From contig NC_087436.1 of NCBI RefSeq assembly GCF_036321535.1, positions 34,846,001 through 34,910,000 of the forward strand: a stretch of 64,000 nucleotides of DNA, given 5' to 3'. Source of the stretch: Camelus dromedarius. Its lineage: Eukaryota. A program made the position numbers and the translations under genes. This document shows positions 37,591 to 51,310 of the stretch, one piece after another (the stretch's first letter is position 1; each line of letters opens with the position of its first letter). Below the pieces are notes generated by a model. The model had not been told where the DNA came from. It saw only the letters and a list, made by a program, of their open reading frames with translations, and made no database searches.

Positions 37591-40415
37591 GTAAATTATA
37601 ATTGGAATGTGTTCATAGAAAATGTTTGGATTATTTAGCTAAATAGGAATGTTTCTATTATGAGATGATTTGATATAAACAAGCTTATTTTTCCTTATAA
37701 CTTATACTACTTTATATCATATGATGTTTTCTTTTTAAAATTACATTTAGGCAATTGCTGCTAACTTTCTAATTACAGCATTAACTTTAAAAAAATATAA
37801 TAAGATGTCTATAAACACTATTGATTTTAAGATTGAATTTTCCTTTCTGTAATTCAGCTTTTAGAAAATGGAGAATAATGCATTTTAAACAGTGTTTAAA
37901 TAAATCATAATTAATTATGTTTCTAGATACATGGACTAAGCTGGGCCTGACAATTAAGGAGCTAATTATGTTGAAAATGCAATTTCACTTTCCCCCTAGG
38001 CTTACTCAGTTATTTCTGTTCTCTAATTTAGACGTACAAGTATTTATTTGCCACTAGGCAACACCTGATAAAAATATTTATGTACATGCAAGGACAATTA
38101 TATACCTATGAAGACATGTAAAAATAGTTTTGGGAGGAAGATGATTATCCTCTTGAAAGTTTGAGTATTTTCTTTAATTTTTATGTTTCTATTACAACCA
38201 AGCAATATAACTCTTACCATAAGTCTAGATTGCAAAAGATAGTGGGTTTTAAAAAAGTGAGGTTGTAGTCAAGCTTTTCATGTAGAACTGCTGTGCTCCA
38301 ACAGGATCGCTGTCATTTTGTAGATTGAGAAGTTAAGACATCGTACTAGAATATTTAACTTAATGCTATCAATGCAATAAAATTGAGGTGGTCAATGACT
38401 GATTCTTATAAAGGGGCAGAATTTAATACTGGGTGTGACACAGAGCAAGCAAATTTTCCAGGAGGTAACTTCTTGTCTCTGGTTTTCATTCCGTGACAAC
38501 CGATGAGAGAAGTCCTTTGACGTTTTTGAATTGCAGTTCCTTCCAGCATTCAGTAGAGCCAACGCCTGCTCTTTTCACTCCTCTAAAAACACTAAGACAA
38601 CAACGTCAACAACAACAATAACACAAGTAAAACCCTTTTGCGTACCTCTTCAGGAGAAAAGACAGTTCTTTGGGAAGTAGTAAGAATTCCCTTTTCTTAG
38701 CAGAGGCAGTGATCAGCTGTGCACAGCAGAACTTTCAGGGGAGCGACAAGACTTGTTTCTTTCACAGTGTATTACAAAGAGGCCGGCTGTTCAAAAATTA
38801 CAAGCAAAAAGAACTCCTTTATAACACTTGTGTAAACTGAATTTTTGTGTATTAGTTTCTAAAAATCAGAACCTCTCATAGTTGTGTTTATACATCTTCA
38901 ATAAAAGTGGGCTTATATCAAGTAAAGCAGAATGAAGAAATATGAAATTTAAAAACACAAATGAAAACATATATATACGCACACTCAAAAAAAATGATAG
39001 GAAATACGGGGTAAAAGACTAGATTCTTGAGTGACAGCACTTAATGGCAGTCACTAAAGTGTTCATCAAAAGCCAAAAAGAGAACCTTTTCTGCTCGCTT
39101 CTGATGTGGCTGGAACACAGTAGGTACAGCGCTAGGCTGGAAGATGGACAGTAAGGCTGACCTAGCAAGTACCACTGCTCTTCTCATAGAGAGGCTTAGC
39201 ATGGCCATGGACTCAAACTATTGCCAATCCAGGGTTAAAAGGGACAGTTAAATGCTGTAATCATTTTGGTTTGAAATGTACTGCAACTGCGTATACTTTG
39301 GATTCTCATAATTAGTTGTCATTTTATCCACAAAATTCAGATGTTTAAGACATAGATTTTAGAACATTTTCTCCAACAGATATATTTAACATGAACTCTA
39401 ATTACAGTAGGGAGCCATCTCTCCACCCATCCCGAAAATTACCCACTCCCCTTTCCCTGGGCTTGTGTCTACAGTATTTCAAGGAGCTTACATAGTATCA
39501 CCCAGTTAAGGATGACCTCTCTTCCAGGTAGCCGCCCTCTCCCCGCCCTGGCATCTCCCGCAGCAGCCTTGTTTAGTCTGGGCCTTGTGTGTCTGCCCAT
39601 GCAGACTGCTGCTGTCACACCCTTTAATCGTGGCCAGAGGCTCCCTGGGTCATGTGAAGACTCAGTTAATGCTCAGGCCCCTCTTGGGTGCACACAATCC
39701 CTCTACTATTCTTGTCAACGCCTAGACCACAGAAGAGGCTTCAGATAGCTCTTTACCCCTCCTTGATGACTAGGGAAAAGGAAGGCATCTATACCTAAAG
39801 GAAATTAGATGAGGCTTCTCGGTGATACCTGAACCCAGTCCTACTCTGAGAACTTTCCTCTTTCTCCATTGCAATCAGGAGAAATGAGGCAAAGATTCCC
39901 TCTACTCTTGCTTTCTACAAAATGTCTGGAGTCTTTCTGTCCCTCAAGACAGAAGTTCCTCAAGACTTTGATCAGCAGAGCATGGACATCTCCACCTCAG
40001 ACCCCACTACGTCTACTCACTCCTGGATCTCCTTCTCACTCTTTCCACCTCCAACTTTTGGAGTTCTTTGGGTGGAGGAAGAGGAGAGAGAAGAGGGAAG
40101 AAGCAGTAAATTTTCACTTGAATCATCTAGTATCTTTGTGCTTTGAGTTTCTTTGAAAGCTAGATTTTGCCCATAAAAATGTTCACTTTTGATCTTCAGC
40201 AGGCTGTTCTTTGATTCTGTGAGAGCATTTCTTCCAGAGGTCAATAGATGCTGCATGGTTTAGTTGCCCTAATGCCAAGGGTCACAGGGCAGCATAAGAT
40301 ATAGGGGATACACATTGGTCCGTCCTTCAAAATATTATTCCACTGCAACACTGAATTCCCCAACCCATGGGCAACTCAACTTTCTGCTTTAATAAGTAAA
40401 TCGGACAGGAAAACC

Positions 40416-40490
40416 ATTAGTGTGAATCATATGAAATTGCTGCTAGTTAACCATTTTGACCAGAACAGCAGAAAAATATTTCAACACAGA
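40416..40490. mobile_element. Short mariner-derived MITE relic (MADE2-like)
   Basis: attagtgtgaatcatatgaaattgctgctag..accattttgacc; only one TIR is well preserved. Confidence 0.45.
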
Positions 40491-40502
40491 AGCATTAGTG
40501 TC

Positions 40503-40710
40503 CAGCGTATTTTTTCTCAGGGTCCAGTCCATGTACCATCTGCTTCAGAATTACATGTGTTAGATGTAGTGGGGAGTAATAAATTTATTAAAGCAGTGTT
40601 AACTGCACCCTACCCCAGGCTTTCTAACCAGAAACTCTGGAGGTGAGGTCTGTGAATATATATTTATAGCCACTATGCCAGGTGACTGGTTATTCTGCCC
40701 ATATACCAGT
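40503..40710. mobile_element. MER5-like DNA transposon relic
   Basis: catctgcttcagaattac...ccctaccccagg...cagaaactctggaggtgaggtc...ccaggtgact. Confidence 0.55.
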
Positions 40711-42999
40711 CCCTCTTTGGGACTTCTCCTTTTTGGAAGGTACAAGTGAGGAATCAACCTGAGTGGTAGTAGATGAGATGACAGATCTTTTTCAGGGAGC
40801 TGTTCTGCTGTCTCACTGGCCTCAGCCACGGTGGGCTTATGTCACTTTGTCACAGATACTAACTAAATTACTCTATATTTTTGTGTCATTGTTTGATGAG
40901 TGATCCATTTCACTTGCAGAGAAGGGAAAATTATTCTTCCTTAGTAAAGTATATTTTATACCAAAGAAACACACAACAGAATCAAGTAAAGAGAAACTCA
41001 ACACTGTTTTCTTAACCATTGTTTATTTAAACAAATAGGGATGTGTCTACATTTAACAAAGAGAAACAAAGGAAAAGAAAAACTGGAAAATTTAAGTTGT
41101 AATTCTGTAAAATAATACTAGGACTAGAATTTCCTGTTCCTAAAGCTGAAATTATTTACATGGCATACAGGGAAAGGAATAACCATTGATAGAAGGATGT
41201 GAATTCACATTAAATGTGTCCTCTGATAAATTAGACTTTTAAGAACTGGATTGCTAACCCAACTTTTTGTATTAAATTTTTAAAAATACAGAAAAATAAC
41301 TAATGGAAAGTTTTGTAGACTTATGTACTAATTATAAGCTATAGGTTGGGGGGGTATATTTACTTGAATTTCATTATGGGTAAGAGGGAAAACCAGCACA
41401 TTACCTGGAACAGAAAACCAAGGTGCTATGTAAGTTGGCCCCATATCAGCAAACAACAAAATGTTGAAGAAATTGGAACTTACAATTAAAATGATGTTGG
41501 CAAAAGAAAATTGTCATTTTTTCATGGATGGGTTATTTAACCACTGACTTTAATGCAACATGTGGCCTCAAAAGAAACAAGTTAACCAACTTTATGTGTG
41601 TCATTTCAAGAATTTAGCTCCAGTGCAGTGATTAACTTTAACCCATCTAACGGGAACCCTTAATTATTTTTTTTCCTCTAGAAACTGAAAAAAATGAGGT
41701 AGCACACAAAAAATAAGCTTATATCAAAGTTTTACTTTAAAAGCTTCCACTAAAAACTTCCATAGCATATACTTTGCTGTCTGTATCTACTGAGAAAGAA
41801 ACTTTCCAACCCACTATTCTCTTTATTATATAATAACTTTACATATGCTTTAAATATGTAAAATTCTTTTTTTAAAAGTCTGTCATTTAATATAATCTAC
41901 TTCCTAAGAGAACAAAATAAACTAATCTTTATTATTAAAAAAAAGAGTATGTCAAGAATTCTCTGAGTTAACTAATAAGAACTAACTAATGAATTATTGA
42001 GAACACTGAATTAATCTGGGATAACCCAATTACTCAACTTTTTGGTTTATTAAATTTAAGTTTTAATAATTGAGACAAGTTACTGATAATTCTCAGGTAG
42101 GTGCCAAGGAGAACAAGGAAATGTGGTCCAGACAATGGACACTTAAACTGAGTGTCCACAACCTCTGACCCTGAGCACTTGCAGGGGCATTGGAGCCATC
42201 TACGTGCTCAAGCCAAGGGTTAGAGAGCGAAAAGGAATAAGGGGGTGCAAAATTAATAAAAATGTATAGAAAAAAGAGGGAGTGAAAAGGAGACATAACA
42301 TAGATGAGAAAGTGAATATATGCTCTGAAAAACTGCCTTAGATACTATTTAAGTAGTATCTGTGCAGAGGGATACTTACACTCCAAAATATACTGGTTCC
42401 TCATGAGAAGCTGTGATTTGGGGGTGCCTGTGATACTTATTATCATTATAATACAGTGATTTATCTGACCAAATGTTTTATTAAATTATTTAATACATGT
42501 TTATTTGTGCTAGAAACACACTAGGGAGTACACTTGTTACTTTTTTCATGATTCCTACTACACTGTGGTGTACCCCTGGTGATATTAACTGAAGGGAGAT
42601 GGGCAAGTGACAGAATTTTAAGCGTGGTGTATGCTGTGAGCTACTGTGATGTTAAACAACACAGTTATTTCTTTTCTATTTCTAATACAACTGAGTTACA
42701 CAGCTTAGGTAGGTCACCTAAATGTATAAATAAAATAACCTTGTTCTAAATAACTTTGCTCTATTGTTTACATAAACGAGTCAAACACGTCTGCACTATC
42801 AATAAAAACCCCAGAAGAATTTAATTTTAATTCATTGAGCAATTGCTAATTTCAAAACCCTGAGGTAGTTATGTTGAAAACCCAGAATGATAAAGCCACT
42901 TTCCAACTCCCATTTCAAACAAACAAACAAAGAAACAAACAAACAAAACGGAGTGCTCATCTTTAAGATAGTATATGGTAAACAAGAAATACAAAGTTA

Positions 43000-43900
43000 G
43001 TGATACTAGAATTTGAGGAAGGGGGAGATTGATTACATGAGAAAAAAGCATTATGTGGTTGCAAGAGCTAGAGTTGGGAGGTGGGTAGAATTCAATGAAT
43101 GAAATGGTGGGGGGGGGGGAGTGTCATTTTAGGAAGAGAGAGTAGATTAAGGGAAGCCTGGAGGTATTAGAATACATGCAGAAAATGTTTGGGGTAGAAT
43201 GAGTGACAGCTGTGGCTGAAATTACAAAGGGCTAAGCCTGGCAGGGTAGGTAGGATTCAAGAAATGGAAGTTTTGATTGCTATGAGATTTCATGATCAGG
43301 TTTGTGTTAATAGGAGAATCTAGCAAGGTTGCTGAATATGAGATATTATTTAGGTAGAGAGGTCATGACATAAGTAGATATACAAATCTGGGGTGGGCCC
43401 ATGCTGCAGATATGTCAATTTGGGAATCTTCATAGTGTAGATGGTATTTAAAATTACCTTCTCAAACACTGAGATCACCAGGAAGTGGGGGCATTTAGAC
43501 AAAAAAAGAGACTCAAGGAATGAGCTGTGTTGTGCTCAGAGGTTAGAGAGCTAAAAAGGAAGCAGTAGAGGAGAAAATTCACCTGAGTATGTTATTGGGA
43601 AAGCCAATGAAGAAAGTATAAAGCATGATCAGGATGTCAAATATTAATGACAAGTCACATGAGATGTGAAGGCAGAACTGGTCACTAGATTTAGACACTT
43701 GCAGGTCAGTGGTGAACCTGAAAAGAACAGTGTCCATGGTATGGAATGAGGAATAAAACAGGACTGGAATGAGGTTTAGAAGGAGGAGAGCAAAGAAATT
43801 ATAGAGAGAAGGAAAAGAAAGCTTTTGAAGGGGTTATATTATATATAAGAACAGAGTAATAAAGTGGTAACTGAGGGGGAGCCACAATCATAGGGGTTGA
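43000..43900 (-). mobile_element. LINE2 relic, antisense
   Basis: Purine-rich L2 text: aatttgggaatcttcatagtgtagatggtatttaaa, gatgtcaaatattaatgacaagtcacatgagatg. Confidence 0.55.
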
Positions 43901-44139
43901 GTTTTTTCAAGATAGGTAAAGTATTTGTATAAGGATGGGAACAGACCCCCAAAGAAGGGGGAAAAAGGTCATTCAGGAGAGAGCAGGGTGATGAAATGGA
44001 GCTGTGTCTGTGAGTGGGCGTAATGGAAAGACTCATGCTCTAGAGAGAGTGATTTAAAATTAGAAAATGTAACTTTCTCTAAACGAAGCCATGTATTTAA
44101 GAAACTATTAATTGGAATTCTGATAGTATGCGTTTTGTG

Positions 44140-44720
44140 TACGTGTAGGTAAAATTGGATAAAACAATCTTAAAATTTAAGTGGAGAACAGATACCAAAG
44201 GTTAGCCTAGAACATTCGGAAAAACAGTAACATAGAAAGATATGCCTTCCTAGACGTCACCACACATGACAGCCGCTTTACACAGGTCCATATGGTATCT
44301 GCCTGGTATCAGACGAATGGCTGCGTAGAAAAGAGTAGAAAATCCAGAATTAGGACCAAAGACGTGTGGCCCATGTGCAGTTAAATTCACTGAGGAAGTA
44401 TTTCAAAATTTATAAATGATGTACATTGTAAGTTGTGTATAAAGTATACAATCATTATTTTATAACGAGTGCTTGCAAAGTAAACTCCCATCTGGATAAA
44501 AATATTAGCCTTTATCTTATCGTAAGTGAAGTTAAGATTCAGAGGAATTAAAGTGGTAAGTGTAAACTTGAAAGTTTTGTGACAAAATCTAGGGCACCAC
44601 AGGTCCAACTTAGAGATGAGGTTGAGCTTCTTCAGCAAGACTAGAAACCCAGAGGTTGTAAATAAAAAATAGACATATTAGATTACATTAAAGGACCTTG
44701 GGATACTGTCAAGAGTGCTG
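44140..44720 (+). mobile_element. Ancient L1 ORF2 fragment
   Basis: aatcttaaaatttaagtggag..., agagtagaaaatccagaatta, aaaaatagacatattagattacattaaa. Confidence 0.45.
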
Positions 44721-46084
44721 TTGAAATGATGGATCACGGAATCCAAATGGAATAAGACCCTAGGGACATGAATTGGGAAAGAGTAAAGCAATCAAAAAGC
44801 TGGAGAGCTCAATCCACATCCAATGCTCTTGGTGAGGTGTGGCTGGACCAGTAAGCAGAGGAAGGGGAAGATGCGGTCTGAGTGGGCTTGTCTGAGTGAG
44901 GGATTTGGGAAGTGGAGCAGTTAGAGGTGGTGATAAGATCCGGGGTGGGATCACGTGTACCTCGGGAAGCTGGGAAGAGTGAAGAATAATGAGTGAGGAA
45001 ACTTCAAAGCACCTCACATTAATCTGTTCTTAAGATACCTCAGTGCTTATTTAGGTTTATCTGAGCCTCCCTCTACAAAGAAGGGTGCACATCTGTGCAT
45101 CCGGAGCTGACTAAGGGATGGGCCAGCCTGGCAGCTCTCCAGGCTTCCATCTATAAAAGCTGCTAAATCATTGTCGGAACATTAATCATTGTTGGAAATG
45201 TAAGGGTGTAAAGGATGTCCTGGTAAGCATAACCCTTCTCAGGGGAATGACAGTGGAAAGGTTCTCCAGCGTCCTCTCCCCACAGTGGCTCTACTCTAGT
45301 AACAACAGTCTGTCATCTCTTTCCAGAGGGAGTTGGGTCAATTTAATTACATTTTGTAGAATGGGGCATCAAAGTTTGGAGCCAGGATTTCTTCAGAAAA
45401 ATAGCGGAAAGGATGATTGTTTCCATAAAACTTCTACTACTTTTGGTGTTTAAAATTATTAGTTTTAAAGATCACCAAAAAATTCTATACCCCTTCCCAC
45501 CACCACCCCTGCCAACATATGTTTTGAACCAACAACACTTCTGGATTGCACATTTTCTCTGTCAGTCACTCTGAAAAGTTTTTAAATTGGGTTCCCAGTG
45601 AAGACAAGAGGAACCTAATGATACCAGGAAGCCTCGTTCGTGAAGGCTGGAGAAGTCGAGAACTCTCAGACTACTCTGGGAGTCATTCCTGCCGTCTCTT
45701 AGGACAAACAAAGAATGCAAATTTACCAAGTGGTGCTTCATCAACAATCTTCAAAGGCAGCAAACAGAAGCAGCCTTTGGTAGGAAAGAAACGTCTTTAC
45801 TTTGAATCCTCTCGTCCTTCTTAATGAGGAATAAATGGCATCACCTTTTAGACTAATGTGAACACCATTTTTACTTCTTTTCCAAGTTTGGGTCTTTCTG
45901 ACCTATAATTTTAAAAAAGTTTTTTCTACATTTGACTTCCTGGATTTTTTTAAAAATGTGAGGCTATCTGTATATGACCCTTATCTCTAGTTATCTTACC
46001 ACATCCTTGTTTAAGCAACAAAGTCTAAAGCATACTGTTTGTCTAAGTTGTGTCATGGAAATTTATCTCTGTTTTCTTTTGAGG

Positions 46085-46300
46085 CAGCTGTGATTATTAT
46101 GGAGAAATCTGAGCATGGAGTAAAAAGAACAGGTTTGAATCTCAGCTCCTGTTGCTACCATCAACATGAGGGTAAGGCATTTTTGTACCTTGTGTTAGTC
46201 CCCATTTTATCCCTTGGAAGAGAAAGGTGGCTAAAAAAATTCTTGACAGCTATTGAAGAAGTTACCCATTTGAAAATGCCCATGACTTAGAAATGTTCCT
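46085..46300 (+). mobile_element. MIR relic
   Basis: ggagtaaaaagaacaggtttgaatctcagctc. Confidence 0.4.
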
Positions 46301-47762
46301 TAAACTATTTTCAATTATTTTTTTCATTTTAGACAGTGAATTTAGAGAAAACTTACTTGCTTCACCCATTTTATGTGCTATTAATCACCCTGTGTCCATT
46401 AATAGCTAGAGACTGAGATGATACAACCAAGTGGACAGAGTCGTCATTAGGGATTTCAGGGAGAAGGCAAATGCGTCCTCAGCGTCTGTGTGAGGTGTGT
46501 GATCTTGCTACTCTTATACAGAACGTAACCAGTTTCCTGAGAATTAAACAAAGCAGTAGTCCTGATTTTTTCCAATATGAGATTCTTTTTGTTTCTGATG
46601 AGCCTTATCAAATGACGTATTCCTTCAATGTCCTCCTGATAGTGGAGAGTAATTCTATATTGAGATAACCACAGTCTCAGCCCAGAAAAGAACAGGGCAA
46701 ATGGTGATAATCCTGTGTACTTATCTATTCATTCTCTCTGAATAAAATTACTACATTAGCCAAAATATGTGTGTGTGTGGGGGGGGGGGAATGATAAGAA
46801 AAGAAAAAGAAGAGATAAAAAAGAAAAGAGTTACTCCTCTTTTAGAGATTATGCCTAAGAAAATAACTGAGAGAACAGGAACAATGCAGTGTATTCAAAA
46901 GACAATGTGGTCCAGACCGGCCCACGTGTATGTTGCGACGGTGCACACGTTATGAGTGATCTGTGTCTTGTGGAGTCAGTCAGCAAACTCTTCTAGAGAA
47001 AATACATACTGGATAAACCTATAAAAGGGAGGATGATATGGGTTGTGAGAGAAATTTTCAAATAGGCGTCCTGGGGAAAAGACTGAAGGTGTAGGGACAT
47101 AAGCAGAGCTTTATGCTGGCAAAGAGAAGTGATGAGAGAGAGACAGAGGCAGAGACCGAGACAGAGGAGTGACGTGACTGGAGAGTTAGAGAAGATACAG
47201 TCAACAGAGGACCTTTTGTGGTTTGTTCCTGGATGGGGGAGAGGCAATGAACCTGCTGTTTCTGAAGCTCCTGCCAAGCTCATCCCAGCTAACACCATCT
47301 GGGCTCAGCCTTAGGGTGATTACGATGAATGATGCTACCCACTTGCCCAGTGCAAGTGCTAACAAATGCCAGGTTGTTCCGTTTGTCAGACCACACAAGG
47401 AAGCATGAGTACTGTCAATATATATTTTTTTTCAAAAGGGAGAAGCAGAAATCTGGGAAGGCGATAATAAATCTCCTAATCCAATGGCGTCTCTGAAATG
47501 TTTTTAAAGAAGAACATGCAACTTGTATCTTTAGCTATCTCTTGCACATAGAGAATATTATCTTTTACTGGCAATTGGGTGCTATTATCAAAACATACCT
47601 ATAATGCATATGTCATGGGAAGATTTGGAATAATCTGTATTGACATTAATGAAAAGGTTTCCTTTCTCCCAGAGCATCTGCCTTCACCCAGCATTTCTCT
47701 GCCAGCAAGGTGCTCTCTTCCACAGCCAAAGCATGCTATCTGTGCCAAGCTATCTGCCAAAT

Positions 47763-47957
47763 CTTTCCTTTTTCTTTTTTTTCCCCTCCCTTCCTTCCCT
47801 TCCTCCCTCCTTCCTTCCTTCCTTCCTCCCTCTTTCTTTCTTATCATTTGTTCCCCAGGCAATTTATTCTTTATTGTTCAGTTCAGTCCCTCACTTCTTT
47901 CTGTCTTCCTCTCTCCTCCCCTTCTCTCTTCTTGTTTCCCTCCCCTCCCCTCCCTTC
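47763..47957. repeat. Pyrimidine-rich low-complexity tract with (CCTT)n
   Basis: Direct reading. Confidence 0.9.
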
Positions 47958-48117
47958 CAAATTACTGAGTCTTGTAATTATGAACTTTCCTGCTCCAGGT
48001 GTGGCTCTGATGGGAGACAGAGAAGGCTGACTGGGTTTTTAAAGCCTTGGTCCTCTTGGATAAAACCTTTTTTGGATACCCAACTTGATCTATATTTCCA
48101 CTTTGACTGACACATTC

Positions 48118-48610
48118 TGTATTAGTCAAGTTTCTCCAGAGAAACAAAACCAAACAGGAATACCTTATCTTATCTTATTGATAGAGATTTACTGTGAGGA
48201 ACTGGCTCATTCTATTATGGAAGCTAAGTCCCACAATTTGCTGTCAGCAAGCTGGAGATCCCAGAAAGCTGGTGGTAAATTTCTAGTCCAAGTCTGACGG
48301 CCTGAGAAGTAGGGGAGCTGATGGTGTAAGTCTCAATCCTAAGACAGGAGAAGGCCAAGACGGATGTTTCAGCTTAAGCAGGAAGGCAGAGAGGCAAATT
48401 CTCCCTTCCTCTGCTTTTTATTCTACTTAGGCCCTCAAAGGATTGGGTAATGCCAACCCATATTGGGGAGGGCCACCTGCTTTACTCAGTCTACTGATTC
48501 AAATGCCAGTCTCATCTGGAAACACTCTCACAGACACACCCAGAAATATTTAGCCAAATATCAGGCACCCTGTGGCCCAATCAAGTTGACACATAAAATT
48601 AACCAGCACA
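48118..48610 (-). mobile_element. MLT2-type (ERVL) solo LTR
   Basis: TG...CA termini: tgtattagtcaagtttctccagagaaac ... caagttgacacataaaattaaccagcaca. TSD cattc (48113-48117) / ccttc (48611-48615). Confidence 0.88.
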
Positions 48611-49194
48611 CCTTCATAGTTCTGGGTCAGATCCACCCAGATCTTGCACCCTGACTTGGCTCCTGAAATTCCAACTCAACATATTTGTAGTTAGTTTACC
48701 CATTTGCCTGGCTCCGGAATTCAATGGACACTGAAGATGCTGTCTGACCCATGAACAACTCAGAGCGGCTATCACTTCCTGTTTTGTGGACACACTCCAA
48801 ATACCATGAACTCTAAAGATCTGTTAATTTTGAGCAATCATTTTATGCTACTGATTCATATTAAACTTGTGATTATGTAAACATCAGATTTCTTTTTACT
48901 AATGTAAGTCAGTATTGCACATAGCTTTTTAAAAATAATAATTCATAGAACTATAGAGCCAGGGGTTATTAGAGAATATGTCATTGAATGTATTTAATAC
49001 TGTCATCCCATTTTATTAGACTGGAAACCTAAGCGAACTAAGATCATACTTTGTTATCGATGGAGCCAGGGCTAAGTGCTAGTTTCCTAACTCCAGATGC
49101 TTTATGGACTATGGAGCAGACTTTGAAACTTGCTTCCACTTTCTTTCTCAGGCTCTGCTTTCAGAAAGAGCTACTACGTTCCATAAGAATTCTG

Positions 49195-49410
49195 GAGTAG
49201 TGGTTGCAGCCATGGTCTGCCGGGTCTAATCAATCAGGTTTGTAGCCTCAGCCTTGCCACTTACTCGCTGTGTGATGTTGGGTAACCCAGTTAACCTAGC
49301 TGAGACTCATTTTTTTCACGATTAGTACAACAAAATAAGAAATCTAGTATGCTTTTTATGGAGATCAGTTGAAATACACAGGGAACAATAAGGATGTTAG
49401 CCATTGTTAT
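49195..49410 (+). mobile_element. MIR SINE
   Basis: gccttgccacttactcgctgtgtgatgttgggtaacccagttaacct. Confidence 0.65.
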
Positions 49411-49699
49411 ATGCATCATCTCCAGGTTTAGTGGGCATTTCAACTACAAACTCCTCTAAATTCTGAGAACAAGATAAAGAGCCTATCATTATAGTTTTGA
49501 GTAAAACATTCCTTCCAGTTTTAAGGATCAGCCTACACTTTTGGAAATATTTTTAATGTGATGATCCCTAGCTATCATAACTCAATGCATGCTCAAAGTC
49601 TTTTTCATAATGATACCATTTAACTACTTAATTAATTCATATTTTAGCTTATTTTTGTTTAAATGACATACAGTAGTTGGCACTAAGACATAGTTATCT

Positions 49700-49928
49700 G
49701 ACTGACAGGGTACATATAGAATAGATAAACAAGATTATACTGTATAGCACACGGAAATACATGCAAGATCTTGTGGTAGCTCAGGGTGAAAAAGAATGCG
49801 ACAATGAATATACATATGTTCATGTAAAACCAAAAAATTGTGCTCTACACTGGAAATTGACACAACATTGTAAACTGACTATAACTCAATAAAATAAAAT
49901 TTTAAAAAATAAAGAAAAAGGAAAAAAA
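49700..49928 (+). mobile_element. 5'-truncated young L1 3' end with perfect 15-bp TSD
   Basis: L1 3' UTR plus A-tail; aagacatagttatct at 49685-49699 and 49929-49943. Confidence 0.9.
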
Positions 49929-50539
49929 AAGACATAGTTATCTTAATGTCAATAGAATCTAGTCTTATACAAGGAACAATAGCAAAAGAATCCAGGATTC
50001 ATTACAATTCTCAAAAAGTTAAATTATATTTTGAGGCATAAATTATAGAAAAAAGATACACAAAATAATTTTAACAGATACTAATTCCACTTTTGTCTTT
50101 ATTTCAATAAATGTTTTTAAACTATTTAGATTTTTGTATACAAGTAAAACATGCAGTAAAAACCATTATACACATCCTACTAGGAAGTTTACATAGCTAT
50201 ATTCTTTGCCCATAAACACACATGAAGGAAGTTCTTACTATGAAATTAAATTTTCCTAGTCTTTATATGTAAAACAGTATAGTATATTGTGATTTTTAAA
50301 AACCATTTTATTGAGGTCTGATTGACACACAAAACAGCTGTACATATTTAATGGATACAACCTGAGTCTGGAGATTTCTATTTCTTATCTTTTGAAGCTC
50401 TTGGCTAATGCTTTTAAAGCAAATGATGAAGAAAACCTAGGAGGTTTTATATCTTTTCACCGAAGATGTTGAGAAATAGAGTCAGACAATGTCCTTTCAA
50501 GGACTTTGAAAGAACTCTAGGATGTATATTAATTTTTTG

Positions 50540-51310
50540 TTTCATAATTGATTATTTTTAAGCACCAGTGCACACCAAGCACTATTCTAGATACTGGATA
50601 CAGCAATGAATAAAACAAAATTCCTGCCTTCATGGAGCTTACATTCCAGCAGAAGCACAGCAATTAACAAATCACTCAACATAGCAATAAAAAGCATCAT
50701 GTAACGATATATGCTATAGAGAAGAGTGAAGAAAGGTGAGGGGAGTATGCTAGGGACTTATATTTTTACTTCGGATGGTAAGGAAAGACCTCTCATGTAA
50801 GATGACATTTGAGTAGAGAACTAAAACAGAAGTAATAATTTGAGACACACAAATAACTGGAAGAAAAGCATACTAGTCAGCAGGGGAGAAAAAAGATGCA
50901 AAGGCCCTGAGGTAGGAGTATGTTTGATGTGTTTGACATACAAGAGGTCTTTCTTGGTAAGAGCACCGAGAATCAGAGAAAAGAAGTAGGAGACAAAGTT
51001 GAGAAGTTAGTGCAATAGTGTGTGGGAGTGGCGGCAACAGGTCATGTAGGGTCTTGGAGGTCCAAGTAAGGGCTTGGCTGTTTACTCTTATTGAGATGGT
51101 TTTGAGCCAAGAAGGGACATGATCTGATTTACATGTTAAAAGAATAACTCTCATTGGTGAAATAACCCTCAGTGATGAAAAATAAACTGAAGCACTGAGG
51201 TCAGTTAGAAGGCTTTTGCAACAATCCAGTGAGAGATAATTGTGGCCATCAGCAGAGATTTTTGAGAAGTAGCTGGCTTCTGATGTATTTATTCTGGATG
51301 TGATGTGGAC
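50540..51310 (-). mobile_element. LINE2 (L2a-like), antisense
   Basis: ccaagcactattctagatactggatacagcaatgaataaaacaaaattcctgccttcatggagcttacattccag. Confidence 0.8.

Noticed and set aside
47579..48110. Overlapping 106-156 aa ORFs
   Set aside because: They arise from the stop-poor CT-rich low-complexity tract.
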